Assembly: GCA_034520965.1 (NCBI GenBank)
Contig: JAXHMY010000002.1
Location: 416,001 to 480,000 of the forward strand
Reading direction: 5' to 3'
Length of the DNA stretch: 64,000 bases
From: Spirochaetia bacterium
GTDB taxonomy: Bacteria > Spirochaetota > Spirochaetia > DSM-16054 > Sediminispirochaetaceae
Below, one piece after another: positions 11,038 through 22,357 of this stretch. How positions within the stretch are numbered: position 1 is the stretch's first letter; every line of letters starts with the position of its first letter. Made by a program: the position numbers and the translations under genes. The notes below the pieces were generated by a model. That model saw nothing but the letters and a program-made list of their open reading frames with translations. It was not told the origin of the DNA and did not search any database.

Positions 11038-11084
11038 CGCTCTCGTAAAGCGTAGGTCGACGGTTCGAATCCGTCTTTTGGCTC
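11038..11084 (+). tRNA. 3' half of tRNA-Thr(CGT); probable att site of an integrated island
   Basis: Anticodon arm CGCT-CTCGTAA-AGCG, T arm GACGG-TTCGAAT-CCGTC, 3' acceptor TTTTGGC; no D arm upstream. Confidence 0.8.
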
Positions 11085-11120
11085 TATAATTGTTATTGGA
11101 GCCGGATTGCCGAAAGACGG

Positions 11121-11771
11121 CTATTCAGCTTTTTCTTTTTTTCGTTGTGAACTGACAAAACGCTGAAAATCGTTGATATTTTTTACAATAATGTGATCTT
11201 CATAAATTTCCACCCGCCGTTGTCCTGCAAAATGGTTTAACACCTTTTTACACTCTGCATAGGACATCCCCGCCCAATGGGCAATATCTTCAACTTTGGT
11301 GGAGAAGGTACGCTGGTCCTCATCAGGGTTTTCGGTGGGTTGGTCCTCTGCGAGCATAAGAAAAACATCGGCCACCCTGGCCTCGATATTACTGAGAGTG
11401 AGTATCATAAAGCGTCGTTTTTGATCGTAGATGCGTTTGGTAAACAGTTTCAGCAGCTTTAGGGCTATTTGAGGATTGCCTTTCATCAAAACTTCGAAGT
11501 TTTCCCGGTTAAACTCTAAAGCCTTGACTTTATCAAGGGAAACGGCCGTAGCAGAGCGGGGAGCTTCTTCTAAAATGGCCATTTCGCCAAAAATTTCTCC
11601 CGGCTGGAGAATATCAATATTTTTTTCAATATCCCCTAGAATTTTTACAATTTGGACCCGACCCGATTGAATTAAATAAAAATTATCACCCGGCTCGTAC
11701 TCACAGAAAATTATGTCGCCGGGCTGAAAGGTAACGGCAAAACGCTCAAACATCGATAGGTCAACGTTCAT
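11121..11771 (-). CDS. Crp/Fnr family regulator
   Basis: cNMP motif GEIFGEMAIL...PRSATA plus C-terminal HTH-like region. Confidence 0.9.
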   Translation of the reverse strand: MNVDLSMFERFAVTFQPGDIIFCEYEPGDNFYLIQSGRVQIVKILGDIEKNIDILQPGEIFGEMAILEEAPRSATAVSLDKVKALEFNRENFEVLMKGNPQIALKLLKLFTKRIYDQKRRFMILTLSNIEARVADVFLMLAEDQPTENPDEDQRTFSTKVEDIAHWAGMSYAECKKVLNHFAGQRRVEIYEDHIIVKNINDFQRFVSSQRKKEKAE

Positions 11772-12779
11772 TTAGACACCTCAAGTTCACGCAAAGCCCG
11801 TTTTGCCTTGCGATAGATTACCTCATTTTCTGAGGACATAGACAGAACCTTCTTGTAAAAGCCATTTGCCTTGCCGGTATTTCCCATTTTTTCATGGCAG
11901 TTTCCCACATACAGCAGAGCATCGCGCAGATCCGGATGGCGAGGATAGTGTTTGATCATTTGGGTATAATGTTCGATACATTTATCGTACTGGGCAAGTC
12001 CAAGATGACATCTGCCGATCTCAAACTGTGATTTTGCTACATACTCTTCGCTGTTGTTGGCCTGGACAATCTTTTTAAACTCCTCAAGGGCGGCTTGAAA
12101 ATTGTCCTGCGAAAAAAGACTGACCGCGTTGTAATATTTTTTGGCAGTCTCAGAGAGTTCCTCTTGCTGCACCTGCAGACTGCACGAGATTGTCCTCCGG
12201 CCGGTACCCATACCGGCCATATGAAGCCGGTGCTCCCCCCCCTTGCAGGGCTTTCTCAGCCTGTTCCATGTGGGCAGTTGCCTCTGATGCATATTTTCCG
12301 GAGGGATAATAGGTTATATAACGCCGAAAGGCATAAAGTGCCTGATGATATTTTTGTGAGTTCAGGTAGTACTGGCCAATTCTGAACAGCCCTTCTTCGG
12401 GTTCCAAGCCGTCTTTCCCCTCTGAAATGAGGTTACGAACCTGCTTGTGCATCCGACGCAACTGGTTGGAGAAGACTTTCAGCATCTTCATTATGATACG
12501 GGTATTTTTGAGCACGATTTGCTCAAACTCAGGAACGCTGAAAATGACCATCGCCGCATCACTGAGCACCACGGCTGTCTCTTCCCGCGGATAGCGGCCG
12601 AGGGCGGATTTCACTCCAAAGAACTCACCGGTGTTAATAATATCGTGAATCTCTTGTCCTGTTTCGATATCGTTATAGTTTAGACTAACTTTACCGCTTT
12701 TTAAAATATACACCCGGTCATTCATATCGCCTTTGAAATAAACAACCGAATTAGCATGATAACGCACAGCTTTTGGCAT
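11768..12779 (-). CDS. cNMP-binding domain + TPR protein (frameshift ~12170)
   Basis: GEFFG...PREETA followed by TPR-like helical repeats. Confidence 0.85.
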
Positions 12780-12958
12780 GCTCGCTCCTGTATTTTTGCA
12801 CTACCCCTCAAGTAAAAAGTGTACTTTTCAAAACCAGCCCTGTCAACACTAGCTTCTTAAAACTGTACCTCTACTGGAGAAGAAGTGAACTTATATGTGC
12901 TTTTTCATTGCGTGTCTTATCCGGCTGGGCTACTATTAGGATAGTAGGAGTTTTGCAC

Positions 12959-13738
12959 ATGTTGCTTCAGCGCCTTGGTCGGCAGTCTATCAATTCATTT
13001 CACGAGATACTCTACGGGGCAGGTTTTTTTTATCAGTCCCTCCTAGCTTCACTGCAGTTCATACGCCGCAGGCAGGTCGGGAGGGGGGTAATTACCATGC
13101 AGCTCCTGTTCACTGGGGTAGAAGCACTCAGTGTAATAGCTCTTATCTCCCTCTCTTTGGGGGCGGTAATTATCATCCAAGGAGTAAATATTCTACCCCA
13201 GTTTGGCCAGGGGGTACTCATCTATAAAATTCTGATTACCGTCATAACCCGTGAACTTGGGCCCCTGCTGTGTGCTTTTGTGGTTATCGCCCGTTCCGGC
13301 ACAGCCATCGCTACTGAATTGGGGCATATGGTAGTCAGTCATCAGATTGAGGCGTATATTTCCACCGGGGTGAATCCCATACGCTATCTGGTAGCACCAC
13401 GGTTCATCGGAGTTACCCTTTCGGTGATACTTCTTAATTTATATTTTAATGTGTTTGGTCTGGCGGGTTCTTTTATTTTGACCCAGTTCTTTCAGCCAAT
13501 CTCTGCGTTTGAGTACTTTCATAACCTTCTGTTGTATCTAAGAACTCCGGATATTATATCCTCCTTATTGAAAAGCCTGATTTTCGGTCTTATTATTAGC
13601 CACACAGCCACCTACAACGGTTTAAAGGTGCAGCAGTCTTCTACGGAGGTGCCCCAGATGGTCATTCGCTCGGTGGTACAGGGGTTTACGCTCTGTATAA
13701 TCGCAGATGCAATCATAACGATGATTTACTATATCTAA
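12959..13738 (+). CDS. mlaE: MlaE-family ABC permease
   Basis: RELGPLL...RSGTAIATELG.M....QIEA motif. Confidence 0.9.
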   Translation: MLLQRLGRQSINSFHEILYGAGFFYQSLLASLQFIRRRQVGRGVITMQLLFTGVEALSVIALISLSLGAVIIIQGVNILPQFGQGVLIYKILITVITRELGPLLCAFVVIARSGTAIATELGHMVVSHQIEAYISTGVNPIRYLVAPRFIGVTLSVILLNLYFNVFGLAGSFILTQFFQPISAFEYFHNLLLYLRTPDIISSLLKSLIFGLIISHTATYNGLKVQQSSTEVPQMVIRSVVQGFTLCIIADAIITMIYYI

Positions 13739-13763
13739 TGTGGACTTTGAGGGGATGGGACCA

Positions 13764-14568
13764 ATGATGAATCCGCTGCACATCAGTATGGAAGAGGTAA
13801 GCGTACTGTTTGGAGACCGCCCGGTGTTGGACAAGTTGAATCTGCAGATTAGTCCCGGTAAAACCACAGTAATTATAGGTGCTTCCGGAAGCGGTAAAAG
13901 TATTCTGCTCAAGGTAATGGCCGGGCTGGTTCCGCCCACCCACGGGTCGGTAAAGAGGGACGGAAAAAGCCTATTTCTTCTGAGCGAAAAAGAAGAAATT
14001 GAGTTCCGCCGCCGTACCGGACTTTGTGTTTCAAGATGGGGCCCTATGGGCTAACCGTACCATCGAGCAGAATGTACGCTTTCCCCTTGAGGTTCACTTT
14101 CCCGAAATGAGTCAAGAACAGATGCAGCAGCGTGTCGAGGATTATCTTCGCGAAGTGGGCTACGAAGACCGCCTCGATTATCGACCCAGCCAGATATCAG
14201 CGGGGGAACAGAAAATGGTGTCCTTTGCCCGCGCGCTGATTACCGACCCCGAATTTCTGTTTTTGGATACCCCCTTAGTCGGCATAGACAGCTCCTCGGC
14301 TCTGGCTATCCAGAAAATTATTAAAAAACTCAATAAGCAAGGCCGTACGGTGGTAGGCGGCTTTATCGATGCGGGACTTATTTCAATAATTGCCGATAAT
14401 CTTATTATACTTAACAAGGGAAGCATTGCCGTTCACGGGACTTTTGCGGAAGTCAGACAGAGCAGCAACCCGGTGGTCCAACGGGTGCTTCAAATTGTAA
14501 TGCAGCACGCAGCTGCCTACGACGAGGACATCTTGAGTTTATTGGATAATGAGTCCGATCTATTTTAA
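13764..14568 (+). CDS. mlaF: MlaF-like ABC ATPase (frameshift ~14020)
   Basis: GASGSGKS, VFQ, ISAGEQK; lies between mlaE and mlaD. Confidence 0.85.
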
Positions 14569-14586
14569 CCTCAGAAGGGAGATAAT

Positions 14587-15612
14587 ATGAAGTTTAGAAT
14601 ACGTTACGCAGAACAGATTGTAGGACTCTTCACATTGTTGGCTATACTTTCGCTGGCGGCAATTTTGATCTTTATGGGTATCAATCAGCGCTGGTTCGCA
14701 AGGGACTACTCTTTTGTCAGCCAATTTCAAAGTGGATCAGGCCTAAACCGTGGTATGGCAATTAAACTCAAGGGGTTTACCATCGGAGCAGTCGATAAAA
14801 TTGAGCTGTTGGAGGACAATACAGTACAAATCAACTTCCACATTTTTGATACCTACTACAATCGGGTTCTGCAGAATTCTGTACTGCAACTTACCACCAG
14901 CCCCATCGGCATTGGAGGCAGCAGCTTAATTTTTTATCCGGGTATTGGGCAGGGCACACCACTTGCAGAGGGTTCATTCATTCCTTCAACAGATTTTGCC
15001 GAAGGGCAGCAGAGGCTTGAGTCCGGGTTAGTGAAAACAGACGAAAAGGAGGATACAGTCTCCAGCGTGGTAAACCGTATCGGGCCGATTTTGGATAGTA
15101 CCTATGAGACCATCAATTCCCTTAATTCCGCCATCACCCGCATAGATAACACTCTTAGCGGCACTGAGCCCGGACCTTTGCTTGATGTGTTGCTGCAAAC
15201 CCAGCAGGTTATGGCTCAGCTCCACGAAACACTTGAGAATACTTCCGGCATCACCGCTAATTTAGAGAAAACTTCTGCCCAGCTCTCGGACACCCAGGGA
15301 CTAGTACAACGTCTGCTTGACCCAAAAGGGTCGGTGGCCAAACTGCTGGACGACGATGAGGAGCTGTATACACATATACAATCTATTATCGCCGAATTGG
15401 AGAGTTCCGCTGCCGAATTAAGCAGCTTTGCCGGTTATGTTAACGAACAACAGCCCAGCATTACCGCTATTCTGCAGGAAGGCCGAACCGCTTTACAGGA
15501 GAGTCAGGGTGTCATGCAGGGGCTGCAGAACAATCCCCTCCTCCGCCGGGGGATAACAGAAGAGTACACCACCCCCTCAACATTTCGGGGTATGCGGGAT
15601 GGAGAGTATTAA
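14587..15612 (+). CDS. mlaD: MlaD/MCE family protein
   Basis: N-terminal TM, GL..G..I.L.G..IG.V MCE motif, coiled-coil tail. Confidence 0.88.
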   Translation: MKFRIRYAEQIVGLFTLLAILSLAAILIFMGINQRWFARDYSFVSQFQSGSGLNRGMAIKLKGFTIGAVDKIELLEDNTVQINFHIFDTYYNRVLQNSVLQLTTSPIGIGGSSLIFYPGIGQGTPLAEGSFIPSTDFAEGQQRLESGLVKTDEKEDTVSSVVNRIGPILDSTYETINSLNSAITRIDNTLSGTEPGPLLDVLLQTQQVMAQLHETLENTSGITANLEKTSAQLSDTQGLVQRLLDPKGSVAKLLDDDEELYTHIQSIIAELESSAAELSSFAGYVNEQQPSITAILQEGRTALQESQGVMQGLQNNPLLRRGITEEYTTPSTFRGMRDGEY

Positions 15613-16558
15613 TGGAGTTCCGCACACCCCCGCTTCTTCTGGCCGCCTTTCAGGGCGAAAACTTATTCTCACTGACCTTTTTTTATGCTGTACTGTGCTG
15701 TGTGTGCTGTTCATCACAGCCTGCTCTTCAGCACCCAAACAACAGGAACCACCCAGGGCTGCAGCTTTAGAAGCCTCAAAATTTGCCGGCTATGGGAACT
15801 CCTTCTATACAGAGGCTCGTTATAAAAAAGCAGCTGAAATGTATACTATGGCACTGAACAGTTATATTCGTATCGACGATCAATTGGGTACGATTGTCTG
15901 CTATAATGCATTGGGAAAAACTTTTTTGGCTCAGGGTCACACAAAAAAGGCAGAGCAGATGTTTCAAGCTGCGGTATCCAGCTTAACCACTTTCAGGCCT
16001 ATTGATGAGGCAGAGCCCAAAATCAAAAAGGCCGCCGCCGAAACCTATAATAATTTAGGTGAACTTGCTTTCCGTTCCGACCGCAACTCAGAAGCTCTTA
16101 ACTGGTTTGAGAGAGGTATTACCCTTATAGCAAATACAGAAGACTCCGCAGAAACACTGGTAATACTGCTGCATAACCGGGGAACTGTATACCGGGCTCA
16201 GAATCAGCTGGAAAAAGCCCGGAGAGAGTTTGAAGAAGCACTTGCCATCAACAGAAAAATGGATAACTTGCTTGAAATTGCGTCTAACCATTACATGCTT
16301 GGAGTAATTGCTCTACAGCAGCACAGCTTGGAACGTGCGGTAGAGCATGCTGAAAGAGCACTCGAGTTTGATAAGCTGACTGAAAACAGTGTCGGTATTG
16401 GGCATGACCTGTTTCTGCTTGGCCGCAGTCACATCCAGATGGAAGATACGGAAACAGCTAGGGAATACTTACAGCGTGCCCGTACTATTTTTGCAGCCCT
16501 TGAACTTGATAGAGAACATGAAAAAGTTGTAGAGTATCTTCAGAGGAACAATTTGTAA
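15599..16558 (+). CDS. TPR lipoprotein
   Basis: ITAC lipobox-like; YNNLG/HNRG TPR repeats. Confidence 0.8.
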   Translation: MESINGVPHTPASSGRLSGRKLILTDLFLCCTVLCVLFITACSSAPKQQEPPRAAALEASKFAGYGNSFYTEARYKKAAEMYTMALNSYIRIDDQLGTIVCYNALGKTFLAQGHTKKAEQMFQAAVSSLTTFRPIDEAEPKIKKAAAETYNNLGELAFRSDRNSEALNWFERGITLIANTEDSAETLVILLHNRGTVYRAQNQLEKARREFEEALAINRKMDNLLEIASNHYMLGVIALQQHSLERAVEHAERALEFDKLTENSVGIGHDLFLLGRSHIQMEDTETAREYLQRARTIFAALELDREHEKVVEYLQRNNL

Positions 16559-16992
16559 TGAGCACAGGAATAATCCGGATATCATCCCGTATCACCCAGG
16601 GATATATTGCGTTTTTTAAGGCAGTCCTGAGGGTACTTGCCTTTTCGCTCGCTGTAGCAAGCCTTTCTGCGCTGATAACCTTACCGCTCTGGTACTGGGC
16701 TACCAATGGGCGAGCGAGTTTTACAATCGCGGTGCTAATTGTATGTGCTATGGGTTTCTTGGTTTTGCTGGTTAAACACATTGGGAACAGCATCAATGAC
16801 CTTAAAAGTCAGAGCTATAGTACTGCATCAATTCTCATTCTGCCGCTGAAACGTATTGGTAAGGTTCTGACAGCACTTATTCTTATTTACCTCACACTGA
16901 TTGTTTTTGGCTCTGTCTCCCTTATAGCCGGAATTGCATGTGCGCTTCTATCTATTGGCCTGATTGGCGTTCTATTCTTTGCACAGGGCTGA
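16558..16992 (+). CDS. Membrane protein, ~4 TM
   Basis: Hydrophobic ORF overlapping the upstream stop. Confidence 0.7.
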   Translation: MSTGIIRISSRITQGYIAFFKAVLRVLAFSLAVASLSALITLPLWYWATNGRASFTIAVLIVCAMGFLVLLVKHIGNSINDLKSQSYSTASILILPLKRIGKVLTALILIYLTLIVFGSVSLIAGIACALLSIGLIGVLFFAQG

Positions 16993-17030
16993 AAAAGGCT
17001 ATACGACAAGCGAGTGATGGAGTTGTACTA

Positions 17031-17960
17031 ATGAACCGGGTTTTAAGACGGTACCTGCTGATGAGTATTCCCTTTCTATTAGTGAGCACACTCGCCTATG
17101 CGGAGAATAGACTCAATTCGGTGTATCCCCATATAGAAATGCTGAACCGCGACGACCCCATGTTCCGACAGGTTACCGAGGATATTAACCGTTATTACAG
17201 GGCTGTTCATACGAATACTCCACCGCCGGCACTGAACCTATTCAGCTATGCCCCCTCCGATGAGGATACACTGTTCTCGATTGCAGCACGATTCAACTTA
17301 CCTTATGAGACAATAGCACTCCTGAACGGGCTGCGTAATCCCACAATGTTGCATAGCACAGAGAAGTTGCTTATTCCCAACAGTCCGGGCTTATTTATTG
17401 CAGACGAGCCTGAAAATGACATCGAAAAGCTCATGCACGCGTGGCGGGTACAAGCTCCGGAGCTTGGTTCGATAGTGTATGTGACTGAGGATTCACACAA
17501 AAGGCTCTATTATTTTCTCCGCGGCGAAAGATTTCATCCCCTCGAACGGCTCTTTTTTCTGAATGTGCTGTTTCGTTTTCCTCTTCCCCATGGGATAATT
17601 TCCTCACATTACGGTAAAAGGACAAATCCCTTTACCCATACACAGCGTTTTCACCACGGTATTGACATTGCCGCTCCCCATGGAACCGAGGTACAGGCAG
17701 CCAGAGGAGGTACTACTGTGGCTGCCGGTATAGATCCTATACTCGGGAACTACGTAGTTTTGCAGCATGAAGGCAATTTTACTACAATTTATGGACATCT
17801 TGAAGAAATTTATATTCAAACAGGACACAAGCTTAGTGCAGGTGCTATAATAGGAACAGTGGGAAGTACGGGATTATCAACCGGCCCGCACCTTCACTTT
17901 GAAATTAGAAATGCAGGAGAATCATGGGATCCATCAAAGCTGTTACCAACCACAGATTAA
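17031..17960 (+). CDS. LysM + M23 peptidase
   Basis: DTLFSIAARF LysM; HHGID, YGHL, TGPHLHFE. Confidence 0.92.
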   Translation: MNRVLRRYLLMSIPFLLVSTLAYAENRLNSVYPHIEMLNRDDPMFRQVTEDINRYYRAVHTNTPPPALNLFSYAPSDEDTLFSIAARFNLPYETIALLNGLRNPTMLHSTEKLLIPNSPGLFIADEPENDIEKLMHAWRVQAPELGSIVYVTEDSHKRLYYFLRGERFHPLERLFFLNVLFRFPLPHGIISSHYGKRTNPFTHTQRFHHGIDIAAPHGTEVQAARGGTTVAAGIDPILGNYVVLQHEGNFTTIYGHLEEIYIQTGHKLSAGAIIGTVGSTGLSTGPHLHFEIRNAGESWDPSKLLPTTD

Positions 17961-18939
17961 ACCACTACTTAGAATACTGTTACTTATGGGGGCACTGCTG
18001 CTCTTCGCTACCTTTTCCCTAGAAGCGGAACAGGTAAGAGGTGAAGTTGAGCATACGCTTATTATCGACGAAAGCTATTCCAATACAAGCGTATCCATCG
18101 GCTTACGTGAGTTATGTCAAATACGGGTTGAATCAACCGAATTTTTGCAGGGTATAGTCGTTCAAGTGGAATCTCCCCGGGCAGCACTTCAATTCAGAGA
18201 AAGCTTTTTGCTAAGTGTGTACAGCAATGCCTCACCTCCTCCACGGGAGGACTTCAGTAACTATTCAGCTAATAAAATCTATTCCGATTCCTTTCCCTCA
18301 GCGCAGAGCACATTTGTAGATATCCCGCTCAGGGACAGGGGAAGCTGGGAGCGGTCGACCCTGAACAGCTCGATTGTTACCGTACACCCACAGCCGGCGG
18401 ATTACCCCCTCTTGCTTAGCATTGACCCAATAATGAAGGGCATCCCCTCCAATGTGTCTCAATCCCGCTTCAAAATTACTCTCAAACCGGTCCTAATTGA
18501 TAAAGGGGCTCTGCTGCTTAAATTGCCTAAAGATGTTGACCGTGATGATATTCAGATACACATTGACGGAAACCGGCAAGAACAGAGCTCCGCACGGTTT
18601 ATCCTTTCCACAGGTGTACATAAACTTACTGTAGAAAGCGACCTCTACCTCACCTACTCAAAATCTATAGGTATAGAAAAAGCCCGGACTACTAAATTAG
18701 AAGCAGTACTTGAACCAAAGCAGTCCAGTATACGCTTTGAAGCACCGGAAGATGCGGTTGTCTTTTTTAATGGAGAACAGATTGAAGTGGGTTCCGGAAC
18801 ACAGTTACAGACCGATCCGGGGGAACATGTGGTGCTGGTACGAATTGGAGATTACTCAGTGAGTAAAAAAATTGATATTAAGGGTGGAAAAAACTACAAA
18901 GTTTCGCTGTTTTTTGATATTTTAGTAAACGACAACTAA
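17899..18939 (+). CDS. PEGA-domain exported protein (start uncertain)
   Basis: Signal-like segment; C-terminal IDG...GVHKLTV and PGEHVVLV repeats. Confidence 0.7.
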   Translation: MKLEMQENHGIHQSCYQPQIKPLLRILLLMGALLLFATFSLEAEQVRGEVEHTLIIDESYSNTSVSIGLRELCQIRVESTEFLQGIVVQVESPRAALQFRESFLLSVYSNASPPPREDFSNYSANKIYSDSFPSAQSTFVDIPLRDRGSWERSTLNSSIVTVHPQPADYPLLLSIDPIMKGIPSNVSQSRFKITLKPVLIDKGALLLKLPKDVDRDDIQIHIDGNRQEQSSARFILSTGVHKLTVESDLYLTYSKSIGIEKARTTKLEAVLEPKQSSIRFEAPEDAVVFFNGEQIEVGSGTQLQTDPGEHVVLVRIGDYSVSKKIDIKGGKNYKVSLFFDILVNDN

Positions 18940-18967
18940 TGTTTTATCATTGGAAGACGATAATAAG

Positions 18968-19062
18968 AGTGTCGGCGGCAATTATATAGTTCCCCTCCCA
19001 GTTTACTATATGTTGCTCCGGCACTAACCCACAGGCCGATTCATCAGAATCGGCCTTTTTTT
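18968..19062 (+). ncRNA. Candidate small RNA or structured 3' UTR: long hairpin with C-rich loop plus intrinsic terminator
   Basis: ~21-bp stem with three G-U pairs on the + strand, loop UCCCCUCCCAGUUU; terminator AGGCCGATTC-ATCA-GAATCGGCCT followed by a T run. Confidence 0.5.
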
Positions 19063-19098
19063 GGGTGTTTCGTTTTTTTGTGCTGTCTTCGAATGACC

Positions 19099-21329
19099 TC
19101 AGTTGTTTTCAGAGCCTGTTTTATGAAAAATAAACACCTGCGACACGTAATCACCTTCCAGCTGCGGAAGGGTTATTCCACGGTGCATCAGTTCACTGCC
19201 GGTGTAACTAAGACCGCTCGATTCTTCTTCATACACAGTATTCTCTTCTAGATAGGCCAATTTTACTCGTGGCGAGGGGGGATTCGCCTCGGCATGCAGG
19301 CGAAACCAGAACAGGAGGAAATAATCAGGGTCCGGGAAATCCTCAGTAAACTCTGTGCAGTTGATAAACATCCAGGCGGCATCGGATGACTCGAAGGGGC
19401 TTTCGATCCGAATGAAGCGGCCGAATTGAAGCAACCGGCGGTGCTGCACATAAAAGGCACTCTGCTGTTTAATCTGCCGGAGCTCGGTATCCGAGAGTGC
19501 CCGTAGATCCAGCTCATACCCGAAATTACCGCTCATAGCGGTATGTCCGCGGAACTCTAAGGAAGTAGTTCGCCCGACTTGGTGATTGGGAACGGCGGAC
19601 ACATGTGCTCCCATCGAAATAGGGGGGTAAAACAGACTGGTCCCGTACTGTATTTTGATTCGCGACACCGCATCGGTGTTATCACTGGTCCAATACTGGG
19701 GCATGTAATACAGAATCCCCAAATCAAAGCGGCCACCGCCGCCGGAGCAGCCCTCAAACAGCACCTTCGGATATGTGGCCGTAATTTCCTCCAGCACATG
19801 ATACAGTCCCAGTACGTAACGATGATACACCTCTTGCTGTTGGGAGGCCGGCAATTGGGGAGAGACCACATTTGTCAGGTACCGGTTCATGTCCCATTTC
19901 ACATAACTGATCGGTGCCGAAGAGAGAATCTGATCTAAAGTCTCTATTAAAAACTCACACACATCGCTGCGGCTGAGGTCGAGCACCAACTGATTACGAC
20001 CTTCGGCAACAGGACGATTAGGTATGGAGATATACCAATCCGGATGGGCCAGGGCTAATTTACTATTGAGGGAAATCATTTCAGGTTCAAGCCAAAGCCC
20101 GAATCGGAGCTCCCGTTTTTCAATTTCTTCTGTAAGTCCCTTCAGCCCGTGAGGCAGCTTCGCGTTATTTACACTCCAGTCACCTAATGATGTACGGTCG
20201 GAGTTCCTCTCACCGAACCATCCATCATCCAAAACAAACAGTTCTACCCCTAGATCGGCGGCAATACCACTCAGTTCTGACCAAGCCCTGCTCATCAAAA
20301 TCGAAATAGGTTGCCTCCCAATTGTTAAAGAGGATAGGGCGTTCAGCTTTTCTGAAAGGCGGCTGGAAAAATATGCTCGCGAATAAATCCGTGAAAATTA
20401 TGGCTCATTCCATTCAGCCCTTCATCAGAATAAATCATAAGGGCTTCGGGAGTATAAAAGCTGTCTCCCGGCTGCAGCTGCCACTCAAAAGTATCGGGAT
20501 GCAGGCCAAGGTTTAGCCGCAGCTTGTTATCGTGGTTGAGTTCCAATTCGGTGAGAAAGTTTCCGCTGTAGACAAATGAAAAACCGTAGGCCTCGCCCGA
20601 GAATTCGGTGGTGTGTGGTGAGACCAGCGCAAAGGAGGGGTTAAATTGATGACTGCTGGTTCCCCGGATACTGCCGAAGGCGGTAGTGCCGCTTTGAAGC
20701 GGGCGGCGCCGCAGCTGTCTCTCCCGGGCCCAGGCCCCGTGCAAATAAAGCAGTTCGTACTCCCAGTTATACAAATCCAGAGAAACACTGGCGGCTTTTT
20801 CAATTTTAATCGGTCGGCTGCCTTCATTGCTGAAACGAACATGCCGTGTGACTGCGTCGTACTCGTCAAACATGGTGTAAGAGAGGGTAATCCTCAAGCC
20901 GCTCCGGGAGTCATGCATTTGCAGCTCAACTGTTTCAAGATCCTGTGCATTTCCTGGACGGGCGGAGGGCAGACCGGGGATCGGATTTTTCCCCCGGTAG
21001 ATATGCGTTGTAAGCTCAAAGGGACCGGTGATTGGATAATTCTGTCCATCCCGTACGCGAAATGCAGGCGCTCGAAAGTCACCATTCTCTACAAATCCAT
21101 ACTCACACTGCATCTCCTCCACTAAGTAGGAGCTATCATTATCCTTGGCCCAGACCATAAAACCACGGTCCTTTGCAGGAAAAAACGGTTTTGATGCGGA
21201 TAAACTGGTCTTGGCTCCCCAATGCAGATGCAAGGGCATACTATGGTTGTAGAGTTTTATATTGTAACTGCTTTTCTTCCCATACAATGAAACAATCTGA
21301 TTGTCCGCATCAAAGGCTATCGTGCTCAT
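19099..21329 (-). CDS. GH36 alpha-galactosidase (frameshift ~20300-20340)
   Basis: FVLDDGWFG, YVKWDMNR, EGCSGGGGRFD, WTSDNTD. Confidence 0.95.
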
Positions 21330-21337
21330 TTCTTGTT

Positions 21338-22099
21338 TTATGTGGTAATCTCTTCAGACTTACCCTTCATGAAGTCTTTATTTTTATCGCCAACCCAGTA
21401 CCGTTCACCGGCAATGCACCAGATGAAGGTAACCGGGTCATCATGGCTAAATACCGGATGATAGTTCAGCATTGGAATCGTCACCTGGTCGCCTACTTCG
21501 ACGGAGGTTACAAAAGTTTTATGCTCGTCGTCTTCATACACCTCCATGGCGCCCTTCCCTTCAATGAAAGCGTACACCTCTTCCTGATCGGTGTGATTAT
21601 GGGGCGGCCAGGCTCTGGTATAGGTTTCGTAAAAGGTATAGCCGGCAATGAGCTTATTGGCCTGCTCAGCTACATCGAACATAAGATAGACCTCTTTTTT
21701 GTTCAGGTAGCGTATACGATCTTTATTTTTCTTGATCTTTTTCCATTTTGAATGGTGAACAGGATACGATTGGTCCCCGACTGCCCGGTACAAATAAAGC
21801 AGCCCCTCATTTTCGCCGGCGTGGCGCACGGTAAAAGCTGTGTTGATGGGAATATAGAGCACATCGTAGTGTTCAAGGCGGTAATTTTCACCCTCTACTT
21901 CTACTTCGCAGGTGTCCTTAAGATTATAGATTAAAGTCTCTTCATATTTGAATGAGAGCTGCGGAGAGACGGCTCCCCCCCATATATCCATTTGAGCCCC
22001 ACTTAAGAACTTTAGGTTGGAATCGCTCTTATTGAAAAGTTCGCTTATTGTACATTGGCTTTTCTCTTTGTAAAATTTCTTTCCAGGTTTAATACCCAT
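21338..22099 (-). CDS. IolB/KduI-like cupin isomerase
   Basis: WPPHNH..QEEVY, YHPV. Confidence 0.8.
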   Translation of the reverse strand: MGIKPGKKFYKEKSQCTISELFNKSDSNLKFLSGAQMDIWGGAVSPQLSFKYEETLIYNLKDTCEVEVEGENYRLEHYDVLYIPINTAFTVRHAGENEGLLYLYRAVGDQSYPVHHSKWKKIKKNKDRIRYLNKKEVYLMFDVAEQANKLIAGYTFYETYTRAWPPHNHTDQEEVYAFIEGKGAMEVYEDDEHKTFVTSVEVGDQVTIPMLNYHPVFSHDDPVTFIWCIAGERYWVGDKNKDFMKGKSEEITT

Positions 22100-22357
22100 A
22101 CTTACTCCTTAATAAAATTATTGATGTCCCTATATAGAAGTCTTTTCAAAATGATAATTTTGAAAAAACCTCACCTCTCAATTATTTTAATTAGTTTCTG
22201 TAAAAAAGTAAAGAGAGAATTAAGCAGATTCAGCAATACTAAATTTGAAAATTTTGATAACAAGTAGGACACGTTGTATTTAGGATAATAATTTACCTCA
22301 AAGGGTTTGAAACCTAATTTTGGCCAAGTCAAAGACTTCCGGAGTATTATGCGATTT

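Noticed and set aside
11019..11084. Complete tRNA-Thr gene
   Set aside because: 5' acceptor strand and D arm cannot be formed from the upstream bases
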